From an uncultured Phycisphaerales bacterium (GTDB taxonomy: Bacteria; Planctomycetota; Phycisphaerae; Tepidisphaerales; Tepidisphaeraceae), in assembly GCA_963758525.1 (NCBI GenBank), contig CAVWVQ010000002.1, positions 192,001-256,000 on the forward strand: a DNA stretch of 64,000 nt, read 5' to 3'. Positions 60,359-64,000 of this stretch are shown here, one piece after another. Numbering within the stretch: the first letter of the stretch is position 1; every line of letters starts with the position of its first letter. A model generated the notes under the pieces. The model was not told where the DNA came from and searched no databases. It saw only the letters and a list, made by a program, of their open reading frames with translations. Position numbers and translations under genes: made by a program.

Positions 60359-60730
60359 CACTCTGAATTCTTTAGCCGCCTCGCTTGCGAGGCGTGTCGA
60401 GTTGCGCGATTATCACAGCGCTGGCTGCGCCCGCAACCCAAAGAAGAAAATTTAACCGCGGATGAACGCGGATAAACGCGGATAGAAAGACAGGCAGCGA
60501 GACAGCACGCTCACGCTCGGCTCTTGGGAAGCGTTTTCCGCCTTCTGTCTTATCCGCGTTCATCCGCGTTCATCCGCGGTTAAAGCTCTTTCTGGTTTGA
60601 TTTTTGTTCTGAGTAATTCGCGCACGCTGCGAAGATTTTGATGGGTTGTGGCACAAATGGCGCCGGTCTGAGCATTCGCGCAACTGGCCGCGCCTCGCAA
60701 GCGAGGCGGCTAACTAAAGACTTCGGAGTG
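60359..60730. mobile_element. Nested MITE-like element: ~80-bp imperfect inverted arms enclosing an inner palindromic element (60451-60584)
   Basis: Arms share CACTC.GAA.TCTTTAG..CCGCCTCGCTTGCGAGGCG..AGTTGCGCGA..CAACCCA; inner TTTAAC(CGCGGAT.AA)x3 ... inverse. Confidence 0.65.
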
Positions 60731-60902
60731 CTGCGCACGCGGAAAGGGATCAATTTCCGCGAACAAGCTGAAGGACGCGCGAGAAGGGGGCTTTTTGCAT
60801 AAAGCAGCGTTGGGAGTCACGCCCAATTCCATCCACGCCTGCTGTTCACCCCAAAATCCACAAACGTTTTGTGTACAATCGCGCCGGCAATCGGATCGCT
60901 TC

Positions 60903-61660
60903 ATGGCAAAGGCAACCGTCGACAATGTCACTCGCGTCTTCCCCGCCACGCAGTGGTCGCTGGTGCAAAAGGCGGGTGGCGCCGTGCGCTGGAAATGCGC
61001 GAGGCGCTCGACGCGCTCCTGCGTCGTTACATCCCCGCGTTGAGAGTGCATCTGACGATGGATCGCCTCGTCGCGCCTGACGAGGTCGATGATCTGATTC
61101 AGGGGTTCATCTCCGACAAGATCATCGAGCGTAATCTGGTCGGGCTGGCCGACCGTTCTCGAGGAAAGTTTCGCACACTGTTGCTCAAAGCGCTCGACAG
61201 CTACTGCATCGATCAGCATCGTGCCGCTCGAGCGCTCAAGCGTGCGCCGGCGGAAGACGCCCACAGCCTCGACGATCGGGCATTTGCAATCGCCGGCCCC
61301 GATGAGCGAGCGGCCCGGGACGCCGCCTTCGATGCCGAATGGGCCCGGCAACTGCTCAGCGGAGCAGTGGATCGCATGAAAGCAGAGTGCGCCGGCCCCG
61401 AGAAGACAACCATGTGGGTCCTTTTCGAGGAGCGGATTTTGCGACCAGCTTTCGAAGGAGCCGCGCCGATGGAGTACGAGGCTCTCGTCGATCGGCTTCG
61501 CCTGCAGTCACCGAGCCAGGCTGCGAATATGCTGGTGACGGCAAAGCGCATGCTCGTCCGACACCTGCGCGCGGCCATCGCCGAGTATGCCATGGATGAA
61601 GCGGAGGTCGAGCAGGAGTTGAGCGATCTCCGCCAGGTGCTGTCATCGATTGGACGCTGA
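60903..61660 (+). CDS. ECF sigma factor (planctomycete/PVC type); frameshift at ~60985
   Basis: FPATQWSLV; AL..LLRRY; EVDDLIQGF; RGKFRTLL; FDAEWA; degenerate sigma4 HTH. Confidence 0.85.
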
Positions 61661-61724
61661 ATTCGAACATTTATTTCGCCCGCGCAGTTCCGCCTGGCGT
61701 TTACGTAGATTAATTTGAGTCACT

Positions 61725-62255
61725 GTGGAGGAAGTGTTGCCCGCCGACCCGAAAACCCACGACTCCCGCCTGCTGGCCGATCTCTTCGATGAGCACGCCA
61801 CGCAAATCTGGAGTGACGATGATCTGGCCGCCATCTACCGCCATCAAATGTCGGTGGCGGTCACGATCGGCGTGAGCGATATTCGCCCCGGCGGCGCCGC
61901 GAAGTTTGCCACGCTCTGCACCGCGCGCGGACTGCTTCTCAAGAGTTTCGGCGATCTCCTCGCCCACCCCAATCCCCCGCTCGAACTGCTCCAGATGATG
62001 AAACGCTTTGCCAAGGCGATGCGCAATCACCCCGAGGCGCCGATCCCGGCGGCCGTTGCCAACATCTGCTATTACGCCGCCATCGCAGCCGCGATGGTCC
62101 GCGGCGGCCAGCGAATCTCCCGGCTCGATAACGACACCCTTCGACAAGGGTTGAACTGGTCCGCCTCCCAGTCCTGGATTGATGAACCGACGCGGTCTTT
62201 GCTGCGCGAGGCGTGCGCGTCAATCCCGAACGACACGGTTGAGGCACAGCCATGA
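61725..62255 (+). CDS. Conserved-looking all-helical hypothetical protein
   Basis: 176-aa ORF with typical codon usage; its stop overlaps the kinase ATG (ATGA). Confidence 0.78.
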   Translation: MEEVLPADPKTHDSRLLADLFDEHATQIWSDDDLAAIYRHQMSVAVTIGVSDIRPGGAAKFATLCTARGLLLKSFGDLLAHPNPPLELLQMMKRFAKAMRNHPEAPIPAAVANICYYAAIAAAMVRGGQRISRLDNDTLRQGLNWSASQSWIDEPTRSLLREACASIPNDTVEAQP

Positions 62256-64000
62256 ACCCGCAAAAGCCAACCGCGTCGCAATCCGAGCGCCCGATCTCCC
62301 CCACCATCTCCCCCGATGCCGTGGCAATGTCATCCATGGGAGCGGCGCAACAGCCCGACGTCCCGATGTCGTTCGATTCGGCGGGCGCGCTGCTTCGCCA
62401 GCGCGTGCTCGATCCGCCGGCCCATCCGGGAATTCTCGCCAATCTCGATCATTACAGCGTCGACCGCGTCCTGGGCATGGGCGGCATGGGCATCGTCCTG
62501 CAGGCCCGCCATCCCGTGACCGATGCGCAGGTCGCCATCAAGCTGGTTCGACCGGAATTCGTCAACGAGCCAAACGCCGTGCATCGCTTTCTCATCGAAG
62601 CCCGGCACATGCACAACCTCTCGCATCCCAATATCGTGCGGGTGATGGAAGTCTCCGACCGGCCGCGCGGGCCGTATTACGTGATGCCGTTCTATCCCCT
62701 GTCGCTCGCGCAGAAAATTTCGCCCGGAGTACCGCTGAAACGGGAAACGATCATCGAGATCGGCCGGCAGATCGCCGAGGCCGTCGCGTACGCGCATGGG
62801 CATGGCGTGATTCATCGGGACCTCAAGCCGGGAAATGTCCTGCTCGATCGCGAAGGCCACGCCTACGTCTCTGATTTCGGGCTCGTGCGCACCGTGTTCA
62901 ACGACTCGATCGTCGACGTCAATCAGAGTCACTGTGAAGGTACCGCATCCTACATGTCTCCCGCGGTCGCGGCGGGCGAAGCGGAGGACACGCGATGCGA
63001 TATCTACGCGCTGGGCGCGATGCTCTACGAGATGCTCACCGGCTGCCCGCCCTACAGCGGTCCGACGCAGCTCGTGTTGGAGAAGGTTCTCAAAGGGCCG
63101 CCGACCCCGATTCGCGATCTGAATGCCAAGGCCGATGCGCGACTCGTGAAGATCGCCGAGGGAGCGATGGCCCGCGCTCTACGCGATCGCTACGCAGCCG
63201 CGGCGGATATCGCCGCCGATCTGAAGCGCGTGGAGCAGGGACTCGAACCATTCGGTCCCTACGGATCGCCGCGCGGGAAGAATACAGTCCTCTGGACTGG
63301 CATCGCCGGAGTCGTGGCCGTCGTCATTGTCGGCATGGTCCTGCTCAATCCTAATCCGCACAGGGGAGCATCCACTCCGTTCCCTCCGGCGGCCGCGCCG
63401 CCAACCGCGAGTGGTGTCCCCATTTCCCCGCCGTCAGTTCCGTTGCCAATTCCCGCGGCGCCCCTCGCCATCACTCCCCCGCCGCCCGTGCAACCTCCGA
63501 TCAGCGTCGCGCCGGTCAGCAACGCGCTGGTCCAGTTCGATCATTTGAAGGAGAACGAGCTCACGCGCTATCTCGGTCATAGCAACGTGCTCTGTGGCGT
63601 TAAATTCACTCCAGACCAGTTGCATTTCGTGTCGACGGCTGCAGATCGCACTGCCACGCTCGTCGAAATCGCCACCGGAAAGATCATCTGGACCTACCGC
63701 GTCCAGGGCTTTGACCCAGCCATCGCTGCGCCGTCCTTCTCGCCGGACGGCAAGTCCGTACTCCTCCCGGAGTACATCGGCGATGCCGTCCTGCTCGACC
63801 TCGCAACCGGCGCGGTGCGAATGCGGTTTATCGGGCACCGCACCGCGGTCTGCTGCTGCTGCTTCTCGCCCGATGGAAAGTTCGCCGTCACCGGCAGCGG
63901 GCATTGGGAATCCAACCGCCCGCCGGATTACACCGTCCGCGCCTGGGACATCGCCACCGGCAAAGAAGTTCGCCGCTTCGGCGAAGGGGTCTTCAAGCAA
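62252..64000 (+). CDS. Hanks-type Ser/Thr protein kinase with TM helix, Pro-rich linker and WD40 repeats (partial, runs off right edge)
   Basis: Manual translation: LGMGGMGIV, VAIK, HPNIV, HRDLKPGNVLL, DFG, GT.SYMSP, DIYALG; TM VLWTGIAGVVAVVIVGMVLL; GH..V...FSPDG, VRAWDIATG. Confidence 0.92.
   Translation, partial: MNPQKPTASQSERPISPTISPDAVAMSSMGAAQQPDVPMSFDSAGALLRQRVLDPPAHPGILANLDHYSVDRVLGMGGMGIVLQARHPVTDAQVAIKLVRPEFVNEPNAVHRFLIEARHMHNLSHPNIVRVMEVSDRPRGPYYVMPFYPLSLAQKISPGVPLKRETIIEIGRQIAEAVAYAHGHGVIHRDLKPGNVLLDREGHAYVSDFGLVRTVFNDSIVDVNQSHCEGTASYMSPAVAAGEAEDTRCDIYALGAMLYEMLTGCPPYSGPTQLVLEKVLKGPPTPIRDLNAKADARLVKIAEGAMARALRDRYAAAADIAADLKRVEQGLEPFGPYGSPRGKNTVLWTGIAGVVAVVIVGMVLLNPNPHRGASTPFPPAAAPPTASGVPISPPSVPLPIPAAPLAITPPPPVQPPISVAPVSNALVQFDHLKENELTRYLGHSNVLCGVKFTPDQLHFVSTAADRTATLVEIATGKIIWTYRVQGFDPAIAAPSFSPDGKSVLLPEYIGDAVLLDLATGAVRMRFIGHRTAVCCCCFSPDGKFAVTGSGHWESNRPPDYTVRAWDIATGKEVRRFGEGVFKQ

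Noticed and set aside
63434..64000. 188-aa minus-strand ORF at the right edge
   Set aside because: Antisense to the WD40 region of the kinase, which has clear motifs on the plus strand

Overview
GC-rich 64 kb chromosomal segment, most likely from a Planctomycetota member (Phycisphaerae/Tepidisphaerales-like). This is inferred from the 'E.LERR.L[LF]' extracellular signatures, an 'FxxTxWSLV'-type ECF sigma factor next to a Ser/Thr kinase, and a Sua5-LMWPTP fusion. Contents: two tandem surface proteins (one 1678 aa, one partial); a porin; a sugar ABC transporter; an ArsR-SRPBCC module; a probable L-galactose/tagaturonate catabolic operon (uxaE, Zn-dehydrogenase, epimerase, FucU, aldo-keto reductase); two TPR-glycosyltransferases; three type II TA pairs plus orphan nucleotidyltransferases; housekeeping genes (hisI, rpiB, TrmH, TrkH, LpxL-like); and a GH27-GH116-sialate O-acetylesterase cluster. 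At the right end a divergent membrane PP2C phosphatase faces an ECF sigma - unknown protein - Ser/Thr kinase/WD40 operon. Intergenic DNA is dense in REP/MITE-like palindromes, including a nested ~370 bp element and a possible in-frame insertion in a gene. Most frameshifts fall at GCGC sites, which suggests methylation-linked long-read errors rather than true pseudogenes. No rRNA, tRNA, CRISPR array or transposase was seen. All family assignments come from motif recognition by eye, not database searches.
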